This document shows, piece after piece, positions 47,207 through 57,000 of a DNA stretch of 64,000 bases. Each line of letters starts with the position of its first letter. Within the stretch, counting starts at the first letter, position 1. The stretch comes from a bacterium (lineage in GTDB: Bacteria; Cyanobacteriota; Vampirovibrionia; Gastranaerophilales; Gastranaerophilaceae): NCBI GenBank assembly GCA_017396025.1, contig JAFQNF010000046.1, positions 18,788 through 82,787 on the forward strand, given 5' to 3'. Both the position numbers and the translations under genes were made by a program. Below the pieces are notes generated by a model. The model was not told where the DNA came from. It saw nothing but the letters and a program-made list of their open reading frames with translations, and ran no database searches.

Positions 47207-47740
47207 CTATATCTCACTTGAATATAATTTTGCTGAAATAATATTTTCTTTTTTAATCAAAATATCTTGTTTATCTTTGTAAGCAAATACTGTTAAACCT
47301 TCTTTTTCATCAAAATCAACAATTTTTGCTACAAACTGTTTTTCACCAGATTCATCAACTGCTTCTTTTAGTTTTAAGTTGATATCCTTGCCTTTAAAAA
47401 TCAAATACTCTTTATCTGATTTTAATTTTCTTTCAATTCCTGGAGTACTAACTTCTAGGTAGTATTTGAATGGAATCAACTCTTCTAAAAAATCTGATAG
47501 ACTTCTTGAAACATTTTCACAATCATCAAGTCCAACATTTCTTTCAGTTGAGTATATGAATATTCTTAGAAACCATCTGTGATTTTCACGAACTAGCTCA
47601 ACTTCAACAGGAATTAAACCAAAACGCATTAACGTATTATCAATTAATGGCTCTAATTTTTCCATTAACTCTCTTTTATTTACGTACTCAAATGGCGCAT
47701 TATCACTTGACTGAGATTTATGGTGTTTATCTCGTTTCAT
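47207..47740 (-). CDS. rimP: Ribosome maturation factor RimP
   Basis: Located immediately upstream of nusA. LEVSTPGIERKLK is the conserved RimP motif. Confidence 0.85.
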   Translation of the reverse strand: MKRDKHHKSQSSDNAPFEYVNKRELMEKLEPLIDNTLMRFGLIPVEVELVRENHRWFLRIFIYSTERNVGLDDCENVSRSLSDFLEELIPFKYYLEVSTPGIERKLKSDKEYLIFKGKDINLKLKEAVDESGEKQFVAKIVDFDEKEGLTVFAYKDKQDILIKKENIISAKLYSSEI

Positions 47741-47774
47741 GGTACCTTCCTTTCCGCAACTAAAACCGTTAAGT

Positions 47775-47802
47775 AAATAAAAAAGAAACGGGGCTCCGTT
47801 TC
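47775..47802 (-). terminator. Rho-independent terminator
   Basis: Minus sense: GAAACGG-AGCC-CCGTTTC followed by a T-rich run. It lies between the 113-aa gene and rimP. Confidence 0.55.
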
Positions 47803-47883
47803 TCTAATCAACATAACTATATATTATCATAAGATATTTTTTTTTGAAACAATCTTTTTATATGTTTAATTAAAATTAACAAA

Positions 47884-48225
47884 TTAATTATACAATTCTT
47901 TTTCTCTTGGTTTTCCAGCTTTTTGTTTACCTTTTTGTGAATAATCAAATTTAGAAAGAGCTTTTTTAATATATTCATCTATTTTTTCTTTTGGTAAATT
48001 CTCAGCATCAAATTTTTGATATTGTTTATAGCCAATACCTTTTAAATCTTTCTCAAATTTATCATCTAATTCATTCGGCAATGATACTCTAGCTGCACCC
48101 GTTTTAGAAGAACTAATCAAACCACCATATTGTTGAGTTAATGTTCTTAATTTATCTTTCTTTGCATTATTAACTCCAGGTTGAGTTATTGGCACTCTAT
48201 ATGTAGATGAAAAACTTACGTTCAT
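47884..48225 (-). CDS. Hypothetical basic protein
   Basis: I prefer the start MNVSFSSTY at 48225 (AAGGGA upstream). 113 aa, K-rich. Confidence 0.45.
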   Translation of the reverse strand: MNVSFSSTYRVPITQPGVNNAKKDKLRTLTQQYGGLISSSKTGAARVSLPNELDDKFEKDLKGIGYKQYQKFDAENLPKEKIDEYIKKALSKFDYSQKGKQKAGKPREKELYN

Positions 48226-48317
48226 AATATCCCTTTCTTTTCTCTCAACAGAAATAAAACACATAATAATATTTTTTGCTAAAAATTGGGTATAATATAT
48301 ATAAGAGGTGAAGAATT

Positions 48318-49124
48318 ATGAAATCAGTAAAAGAAATAGCAACAGAATCCAAAATATTAGAAAGACTTAAGGATTTTCCTATGTGCACGGAAATCGTTAA
48401 GTACTTATTTGCTGATGAAGAATTGCAAGAAATGCAAGAATACGCAAACAATGTTTCTATCAAACGTCTTGGTTATAACGACCACGGACCTGTTCATATG
48501 AAGCAAGTTGCAAGCAATTCTATTAAAATGCTAAATATTCTTCACGAAGCTGGTATTAAAACATCTTTAGAAGAAGAAGAAATTGGTTCTTTTGAAGATA
48601 GTATGTGCGGGGTTGTTATTGCCTGCCTAATGCACGATTTAGGAATGATGATAGGAAGACAAGGACACGAAGAAATGTCTGTTCGTCTTGCTTTACCATT
48701 AATAGATAGAACCCTAATTAAATTTTTCCCAGATGATATTCATAAACGAGTTGTTATAAAATCACTTGCACTAGAATCTATTATTGGACATATGTCAACA
48801 AGAAAAATCCACTCATTAGAAGCTGGCATAATCTTGATTGCAGACGGTTGTGATATGACAAAAGGTAGAGCAAGAATACCAATGGCACTTAATAGCACAC
48901 CAAAAGCTGGTGACATCCACAAATATTCAGCCAGTGCAATTACAAGAGTTAAAATTTATCACGGAGAAAATAAACCAATCAAAGTTGATGTTGAAATGGC
49001 AACAGAAGTTGGTTTCTTCCAAGTTGAAGAAGTTCTTTTAACAAAAGTTGAAGCTAGTACTGCAAAACAATTTGTTGAACTATATGCAGGTGTTACTGGA
49101 GAAGAAAGAAAACGTTATTTGTAA
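48318..49124 (+). CDS. HD-domain phosphohydrolase
   Basis: HGPVHMKQV ... CLMHDLGM (the H...HD metal motif). 268 aa. Confidence 0.7.
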   Translation: MKSVKEIATESKILERLKDFPMCTEIVKYLFADEELQEMQEYANNVSIKRLGYNDHGPVHMKQVASNSIKMLNILHEAGIKTSLEEEEIGSFEDSMCGVVIACLMHDLGMMIGRQGHEEMSVRLALPLIDRTLIKFFPDDIHKRVVIKSLALESIIGHMSTRKIHSLEAGIILIADGCDMTKGRARIPMALNSTPKAGDIHKYSASAITRVKIYHGENKPIKVDVEMATEVGFFQVEEVLLTKVEASTAKQFVELYAGVTGEERKRYL

Positions 49125-52100
49125 CTTTTTCTTTCAGCAAACTGAACAAAAGAACCAAACTCCCTTAACTGTTCAAACGACAATTTAACTTTAACACACC
49201 CCCAAGGATCAAAAACGTTATAACTTAATATATTTCCTTGTTTATCAGTTTCAGCAGGAGTGATAGGATATGCATGATTTTCATGTATACCTAGTGTTTC
49301 ATAATTATTATTTCTCAAGCCTTCTTTTGTGGTCCACACTACAATATACTTATCAAAAGTTTTTGGATTTGTTACATTCTCTTGAGTTTTTTTATCCGCA
49401 ATATGTTCCCAAAACGAATTTTGATATCCTATTCTTTGATAGAACTTTATAGTATCACCACCATTGCGGCCTTGGGTTTCGGCAGTATTATAGCCATCTA
49501 TTGTTTCTTTGAACACATAACATTCCCATTCATCAGTTTTATCATTTCTTCTAACAACAAGATTTTCAATACCTAATTCTATTAATTTTTGTATTTCCTG
49601 TAATTTTTCTTGTGCAATTTTCTTTTCATCATCAGTCTGACCACTGGCAAGTTCTTTCAATAAATATAAGAAATAATTTTTTATACGATAAGCTTGTAAT
49701 TCTTTTCCATCAGCATATTCTAATAATTTAAACCCCTTTGCTCCTTTTGAATAATTTTTAGCCAACTCAGAAGAGGGAAGATTTCCATTTTCAAATCTTA
49801 TTTCTTCATATTCCCCTTTTGGAAACTTTATTAAAATATCATCACCATCTTGATAAAACATTTTTAAGATATTTACACGTTCATTTGCATCTCTAAAAAT
49901 AGAATTCATGCCCGCCATTTGCCAACAATTACCAATTTGACCCTGAGTTGTTGCATATCTTTCTACTGGCGGAAATAAATCAAAATAGGTTTGTTTTGAA
50001 ATATTTAACTGAGTTGAAGTATTTTTACCAGTAACAATACGAATATATTCTTCATCTTCCAATTCAAAAACATCACCGACTTTTAATTGTTTCAATGCAT
50101 CATTTTCCTTTACAAAAGTAGGGATAAAAGCATCAATTGGCTCTGTTCCATTTATATATGCTTCATACAGTAAATCAATATCAGAAACAACAAGAGAGTT
50201 TAACTCAACCTGCGTTGGCAAATAATCAAATACATGCTTATCAACAACTCCATTTAAAACCAAATCAAGTAACATTTGCATATTACTCGCATTAACAGAC
50301 GCTGGATTAATATTTAACATATATTTAAATGCTTCTAATTGGCAAATTTCTTGCTGTTTTTGAGGAAAAACAGGTTCCCCATTTACATCTCTTAATTCTT
50401 GAAAATATGACAAAGCGTCCATTCTTTGAATAGAATCGTATCTATCCGCAGCAAAACAAGAAACAAAATCTAAAATTTCAAACAACTCATATCGCGTATA
50501 AAAATCTATTCTAGATTTAATATCAGTTACGAAATCTAAAACACTATTCGGATCAAATTCTTTAGAGTAAAAAATATCTGAAAAGTTTTTTTCTGCCAAA
50601 AATTTTTCTAAGAAAGTGCTATCGTTGTATCTTTGCTTATTATCAAATAAAAAAACAAAATCACTCCAAGATTCTGGATCAAAATCTTTTTCAGCAACAA
50701 AAGAAAAGTCATTTAATTGAGATAATAATGTTTCACCATTTGCATAAGTCGTACCTAACAAATTTAGGAAACTTGCCATGTTTTTTATATAATCAAAATT
50801 TATATTTTCAAATTCCCCTGTTTTTGTGAGTAATCTAGCAAAATAAGTTCCTTTTTTATCAACAGAGTTAATATGTTTTATAACTTGATTATCCAACATT
50901 CTTAAAAACTTTAGTGCATCCATATGAACTTCTGTTTCAGAAAATCCAGCATCTTTTACTAACGAAGGAGACAGTGATTTTTTTCTCAATGTTCCATTTA
51001 AAGTTATTTGACGGCCCTTAAATGACACTGTTTGTTTTCCAGTCAAATTATTTTTTTTAGCAATATCAACAATTCCGCCAATTTCTTTTATTTGTTCATA
51101 ACTAATAGGAATTTCTATTATGCTATGAGGATCTATAAGTTTAAATTTTGAGACTCGTCCATTTTCATCCACATCTAATGGATACATTCGGTAAGAATGG
51201 TCAACAAGCAAACCTTCTGGCGCTTTTTCCTGAGGGAAACCTCTTGGTATGCCATAAGTCACAACATTATTTTCAAAATTTCCCGCATAAGATATAAAGT
51301 CATTTCTCGCCATTTCATCCTTGTTATAAACCTCTATAGGATATAAAAGACGCATAAATAACTCTGAAGAATTGCCACCATCTCTACTCACTGTTGATCC
51401 ACTATCAAAGCCGTGCTTTTCTTTTTTCCATTCTTCAAAAGTCCAGTCTTGTTTTTCATCCAGAGAGACAACAACACTATCCCAATTTTCTTCAAGTAAA
51501 TCTATTAATCTTGATGCTTTTTCATCAATAAGTCTTTTCTCATTTTCTGTTTTTGCAGAATCATAAGCCTGTCTATATTGAAGCATTAAAAATCTAATTT
51601 TATCGGCATGAGATTCTTTCCCGTCCGCAAACTCCAAAAGTCTAATACCCTTTGCACCACGAGAGAAATATCGTTTATCTGATTTTGGAGGCAAATTCCC
51701 ATTTTTAAAAATATGTTTCGTATAATTTCCATTAGGGAATCGAATTACAACATCATTACCTTCTTGAGAAAATAGCCCAAGTATTTTTTCTCTTTCTTGT
51801 GGGTCAGCAAACAAAGCATTTAAAGCAGTTAACTCCCAACAATTACCAACATCTCCTTGCGTAGATGCATACCTTTCAATTGGAGGAAAAAGGTCAAAAT
51901 ATGTTTTTTTATCTAGTCCAAGCTGTGTTGATAAACCGTATCTATTTACGATGAAAATTTTATCTTCACCATCCAGTTCATAAACATCACCCATTTTTAG
52001 ATTATTTTGTGCATCTCGTTTTGTTTTATAAGTAGGAACAAAGGCATCAATTGGTTTTACACTCGTTGAATAAGCAACATACAATTTATCAATATCATCT

Positions 52101-52888
52101 AAAACCAAAGAATTTATTTTTCCTTTTACGGGAATGTTATTAAATACATGAATACCAACAACGCCATCTTGAACTAGTTCTAAAAGCATCTCAAGATTGC
52201 TTGTATCTACACTTCCCTTATCAACACTTAAGACATATTTTAGTGCATTAATTTGATTCTTACCCATTCCTCCATTACGTTCAGCAAGAACACTTTGTCC
52301 ATCTTTAGTCATTAGAGAACGAAAATAGAATAAATCATGAACAAATTCTTCTACAGGTTCTTTTGACTTTGCAGCTTCAATCATAAAATCAAGTTGCGCT
52401 TTTATAGGGAATTTACTTATTTCTTCATCATCTCGGTTATAATATTCATCCAAAAATTCAATAGCTTTATTAGGTTTAAAATCTTTTTCATTGAATAATT
52501 CAGAAATTGGTTTTACTGAATTTAAAAGTTCTAAAAAAGATTTTTCATAAACTGTTGTTTCATTTTCAAATAAAGCAGTAGCACTATCCATCTCTGAAAG
52601 GAAATTTGTCCAAGCCGGAATATCAAACCCCTTATCAAAAGCAAAAGTATAACCATTTAATCTACTAGCTAATGATTCGTTTTCAATCTTAATTGTCTTT
52701 AAAAAGTCAAAAAATTTCTTCATTTCAGGAGACATTCTATCCACTAATGAAGGAGGTGCATACTTAGCACGAATGTTTTCACTGCTATATTGAGAATATG
52801 GCACAATAACATTTGGAGTATTTTTATTACTCACTTTCTTATTCTTAAAAGATATAACTTTCTCTGTATTACTAATCGCGTGTATTTG
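49115..52888 (-). CDS. Internally duplicated calpain-like (C2-type) cysteine protease
   Basis: I prefer the start MQIHAISN at 52888; the track starts at 52927. There are two collinear modules of about 630 aa. Each has TQG.(V/I)GNCW (Cys at track aa 363 and aa 1001), (D/N)H(S/A)Y (His577 and His1218) and DP(H/W)(S/G) (Asp599 and Asp1240). Each module begins with a [V/I]SFK motif. Confidence 0.7.
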   Translation of the reverse strand, partial: QIHAISNTEKVISFKNKKVSNKNTPNVIVPYSQYSSENIRAKYAPPSLVDRMSPEMKKFFDFLKTIKIENESLASRLNGYTFAFDKGFDIPAWTNFLSEMDSATALFENETTVYEKSFLELLNSVKPISELFNEKDFKPNKAIEFLDEYYNRDDEEISKFPIKAQLDFMIEAAKSKEPVEEFVHDLFYFRSLMTKDGQSVLAERNGGMGKNQINALKYVLSVDKGSVDTSNLEMLLELVQDGVVGIHVFNNIPVKGKINSLVLDDIDKLYVAYSTSVKPIDAFVPTYKTKRDAQNNLKMGDVYELDGEDKIFIVNRYGLSTQLGLDKKTYFDLFPPIERYASTQGDVGNCWELTALNALFADPQEREKILGLFSQEGNDVVIRFPNGNYTKHIFKNGNLPPKSDKRYFSRGAKGIRLLEFADGKESHADKIRFLMLQYRQAYDSAKTENEKRLIDEKASRLIDLLEENWDSVVVSLDEKQDWTFEEWKKEKHGFDSGSTVSRDGGNSSELFMRLLYPIEVYNKDEMARNDFISYAGNFENNVVTYGIPRGFPQEKAPEGLLVDHSYRMYPLDVDENGRVSKFKLIDPHSIIEIPISYEQIKEIGGIVDIAKKNNLTGKQTVSFKGRQITLNGTLRKKSLSPSLVKDAGFSETEVHMDALKFLRMLDNQVIKHINSVDKKGTYFARLLTKTGEFENINFDYIKNMASFLNLLGTTYANGETLLSQLNDFSFVAEKDFDPESWSDFVFLFDNKQRYNDSTFLEKFLAEKNFSDIFYSKEFDPNSVLDFVTDIKSRIDFYTRYELFEILDFVSCFAADRYDSIQRMDALSYFQELRDVNGEPVFPQKQQEICQLEAFKYMLNINPASVNASNMQMLLDLVLNGVVDKHVFDYLPTQVELNSLVVSDIDLLYEAYINGTEPIDAFIPTFVKENDALKQLKVGDVFELEDEEYIRIVTGKNTSTQLNISKQTYFDLFPPVERYATTQGQIGNCWQMAGMNSIFRDANERVNILKMFYQDGDDILIKFPKGEYEEIRFENGNLPSSELAKNYSKGAKGFKLLEYADGKELQAYRIKNYFLYLLKELASGQTDDEKKIAQEKLQEIQKLIELGIENLVVRRNDKTDEWECYVFKETIDGYNTAETQGRNGGDTIKFYQRIGYQNSFWEHIADKKTQENVTNPKTFDKYIVVWTTKEGLRNNNYETLGIHENHAYPITPAETDKQGNILSYNVFDPWGCVKVKLSFEQLREFGSFVQFAERKSYK

Positions 52889-53018
52889 CATATAAGACCT
52901 TACGCAAATACAATAACCAAACAGCATTTTTTTTGCGCGAAATAATATTCAAATTAAAAGACGGTAACATTTTTTGAAGACTTAGCAATTTTAGATATTT
53001 TTGAACCTTATATAGAAT

Positions 53019-54047
53019 ATGAACATTGGCAAAAGTAGTTCAAATATAACAAGTCAAATTGTAAAAAAAGGTGTTGATTACGCAAAATCAACATCAATTA
53101 AGCTGAGTTCAATTGCGGATGATACAGTATCTTTTACTCAAAAAGCAGCATCTGGAGCATTAACAAAACTATCAAAAGTTGCCAATTTTCGACCAACTAA
53201 TAAGGAATACAGAATTATTTCTCTACCTCAAGGCTTAGATATAATTGACGGAAAAATAGATGGAAAAACTTCTGTTCCAACAATGGCAATTATCGATGTT
53301 TTTAGCGATTTTGGGAACTATAAAATTGGAAAAAAAGTAAAATTACCTCACGGAAAAATTGTTTCAAAATTTGCCACATCTGGTCTAGATGATAAAGTTG
53401 GTGTTTTAGCCTTTGATACTACCCCAAAGGGCAAAAATGAATGGCAAGCAATGCAAGATTCATTAGAAGACCTTGTAAAAATTGTAAAAAATGGAAATGA
53501 TGTTAAAGCGTTAAACTTATCTGTAGGTGTTCCGGCAGATTTTGAAAAAATTTCAAATACAGTGGGCGAACTTATTACAGAAAAAAATGTAAGTGAATAC
53601 AAAACAAAAATATTAGAAGAATTAAAAAAATCAAAAACACAAAAAGATAAAAACACAGTCGGAATGATTAATGCAATAAACGAACTTGTTGAAAATGGAG
53701 TGGAAGTTTTTGCTGCATCTGGAAATAATCAAGGAAGAGGTATTGATTTACTTTCATTATCAAATGCACAACACATTGTTGGAGCAGATGATTATGCAAA
53801 AGCAACACAAGCATTCTCAAATTCAACATCAAAAGGCGTTCATACTTTTGAAATGCTATATGATAACGCTGGTAACTTAAAAGGATTAACCAACGGAACA
53901 ATAAGTTTTGATACAAGTGATATACCTAACCTACCAAAGAAAAATGGATTTCTAGGACAAATATTACAAGAAAAAAATGCCACCATAAAAGGTACATCTT
54001 TTTCTTGTCCAACAGCACTGAATGAATATTTAAAAAAGATTCTTTAA
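53019..54047 (+). CDS. Subtilisin-like (S8) serine protease, divergent, no signal peptide
   Basis: AIIDVFSD (Asp), LPHGKIV (His), AASGNNQG (oxyanion Asn), GTSFSCPTA (Ser). N-terminal DDTVSFTQK motif. Confidence 0.55.
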   Translation: MNIGKSSSNITSQIVKKGVDYAKSTSIKLSSIADDTVSFTQKAASGALTKLSKVANFRPTNKEYRIISLPQGLDIIDGKIDGKTSVPTMAIIDVFSDFGNYKIGKKVKLPHGKIVSKFATSGLDDKVGVLAFDTTPKGKNEWQAMQDSLEDLVKIVKNGNDVKALNLSVGVPADFEKISNTVGELITEKNVSEYKTKILEELKKSKTQKDKNTVGMINAINELVENGVEVFAASGNNQGRGIDLLSLSNAQHIVGADDYAKATQAFSNSTSKGVHTFEMLYDNAGNLKGLTNGTISFDTSDIPNLPKKNGFLGQILQEKNATIKGTSFSCPTALNEYLKKIL

Positions 54048-57000
54048 CTATTTTTTCTTAAATGCATTTTTGGCAAGTTCTTTAAATTCCGTTTCCCAGA
54101 ATGTTTCCCAATCTATTTCTTTACCCTGAACCATGCTTGATACGGTTCTTGACGCTGTTTTACCTGTAGCATTCGCGATTCTTGCCATAATTTCCTCATA
54201 AACAGTATCAATTTCACCTTTTATAGCATTGGATGAAGCATTATGAACGGCTTCTCTTAATTTCTTGCCAGCAGTAGCATTAAATGTTTCAAATAACGAC
54301 AATAAAACACCAGTCACTAGACCACTAATAGCTCCAGACTTAACAGCATCTAATAATCCATCTTTGAATTTTTCTATTTCTTCATCAGTAACTTCTTCAC
54401 CGCTAAGTAATTTTTTAACAAAATTTTCATTTTCTTCGCTATCCATTATGAAGTTAACCGCATCTTTTATAACACCAGCAGTTACACCTTTAATACCAAT
54501 TAATTCTACATATTTCGGAAGTAATGATTTAAGAGTCTCACTACTCCAATTCTGAGTTAATTTTTTTATTGCATAGTTAAGAGAATAATTTGTTCCCGGA
54601 ACTTTCAAATTCATAATATGTTTTGCCGCACCTTGGAATACCGCAGATACAAAACCGGATGTCATGTTTGCTAAAATTTCTTCACCTGATTGTCTTTGTG
54701 AACCTTGCGCATTTGAATTTGCTGCACTGGCCATTAATTCAACAGCTGCGCCAACCGTTCCACAAATCAAGATACCCGCACCCGTTGCAGAAACAGCAGC
54801 AACAGCAGCCGTTCTTGCTAAATCAACAATAAAATCTCGATGTTCAGTTACTGTATTAGCATAATCATCTATTGTTTTACCAAGCGTTGAATTGTCCGCA
54901 GCAAGTCCTTCTGAATATGATGCTTTTATTAATGTTCTTAAATTATCATAGTCTAATTTTGTATATGGGTAAGTTGCATATGGTACACCACCAGGGAAAG
55001 GAGGTGGCATCATTTCCATTCTTGAATAATCAGTAACATGTGCATCTTGAAGATTTATACCTAAATTTTCGGCTTCTTCAAGTAATTCTTCTTCAGACAT
55101 AGAATCGGCATAATTACATAATACTTGAGCCGAATATAAATTTTGTAATACTTCGTCTGAAAAATCATCACCAGTTAACGCTTTAAAGTTCGAAACGAAT
55201 TCATCTCCTTTTAAAGTTGGAAGTTCTCTGAGTTTTTGTTCGTACATTTGGAACATTTGTTCTACTTCAGCTTCGCTTGTACCCAAACCAAAGATATTAC
55301 ACATAGAAACAATTCTATCAAATGAACCCATATTTTCTTTGTACATTTCATATTGTTCTCTCAGTTCATCCATTTGACATAACAATATTTCACTATATGT
55401 TTCAGGGACATCAGTTTCATAATCAAAGTCATCTCTAATAGCAAATTGTTCACCAACAAGATCATCACCCATTTCGCTATAGAATTGTCTTGCACGTTGT
55501 ATTTCCATAAGCTCATAACTAAAAGAATTATGAGAATCGTCAGGATATAACCTTTCATTTATTTTTTCATAAATTGCCTGTATTTTATTTATATCACCAC
55601 TATTTATAGCTTCATCTAATTGTTCTTGAAGTTTTTCTTTATCCTTAAAATCCATATTCATTAAAGAAAGTTTTGCATTTAACTCTGAACCAATAGAGGT
55701 TATCATTTCATCACTTAATTTTGTTACTTGACCATCAACCAAAGGAAGTGATGCTTTCATTAAATCATATAACTCATCAGAATTAATATCTAAACCACTA
55801 TTAGCTAAGGCATCTTGAATTGTTTCAGAAGCTTGAAGTTCTTCATTTAATGGATATGCTTGTTTTAAAAGACTTAGCAAGTCTGTTGTTGTTCTAGTTT
55901 GCAGAATAACATTATTTCTTGCATCTTTTTGCGTCACATATTCTTCCATAAAAGTGCAAACAGTTGGATTTTCTGGGTCATCATAAAGCAAGTTTGTTAT
56001 TTTTTCTTCACTACGTCCATCTTCACCAGTTGCTTTCACATATTCTTGAATAACATTTCCATTTTCATCTAGTTTTTGTGCAATTCTTAAAGTTTCATTA
56101 CCATCACTATCATAGGTAACTGAAATTTGTTCTCTAAGTTCTCCATTTTCATCATAAACATATAAAACCGATGTCGTACCAATCAAATTACCATTCAAAT
56201 CATAGTTTTTTGACTCAGAACTTAAAAAATCACCATTAGAATTATATTTAACATCAGAACTTGAATGACCAGTTATCTTACCTTCTTCATCATAATTTCT
56301 ACTTTGTTCTTCAACAGTGTTACCCACAGCTGTGTTGTATTCATCACCATATTTTGTTCTATCAGAAGAAAACCAAGTATTAACAGTTATAATATCATTA
56401 TCATCAGATTCCGAGATACTACCAGTTATAACCGAATCAGTAATTGTAATTTTATCTTGACCATATCCTGTATAAATATCAGATACTGTCGAATCATTAT
56501 TAATAACAACTTTATCAGAGCCATCATCGCCTAACATTGGGTTATTAGAGTATAAAAAGTCTACTTCAGAATTACTAACAAATATATTATCATTACCCAA
56601 ATTACCAACTAGATATTCAACATCAGAAGAATTAACACTTATTGTGTCATCTCCAGAACCAGCATTAAGTTCTCCAATTTCTGAATCTTTAACGGTAATT
56701 TTTTGACTACCTTCACCTGAATAAAGAGAATCTACATTAGAATTATTAATCTCTATATTATCATCACCCCAAGAATTTGAGACATCCTCAACAGTTGAAT
56801 TTTCTATATACAGATTATCATTACCGGTTCCTAAAAAAAGATAATCAACTGTACTATCATATACACTAATTTTCGAAGATACATCACTACCATAAATAGT
56901 TGCATCCTTTGCACCAATAATTACAACTTCACCAGTTTCACTATTTTGATATACTTCAACACCATCAAGATCTTTTAATTCAATAGTTGTACCATCTGCG

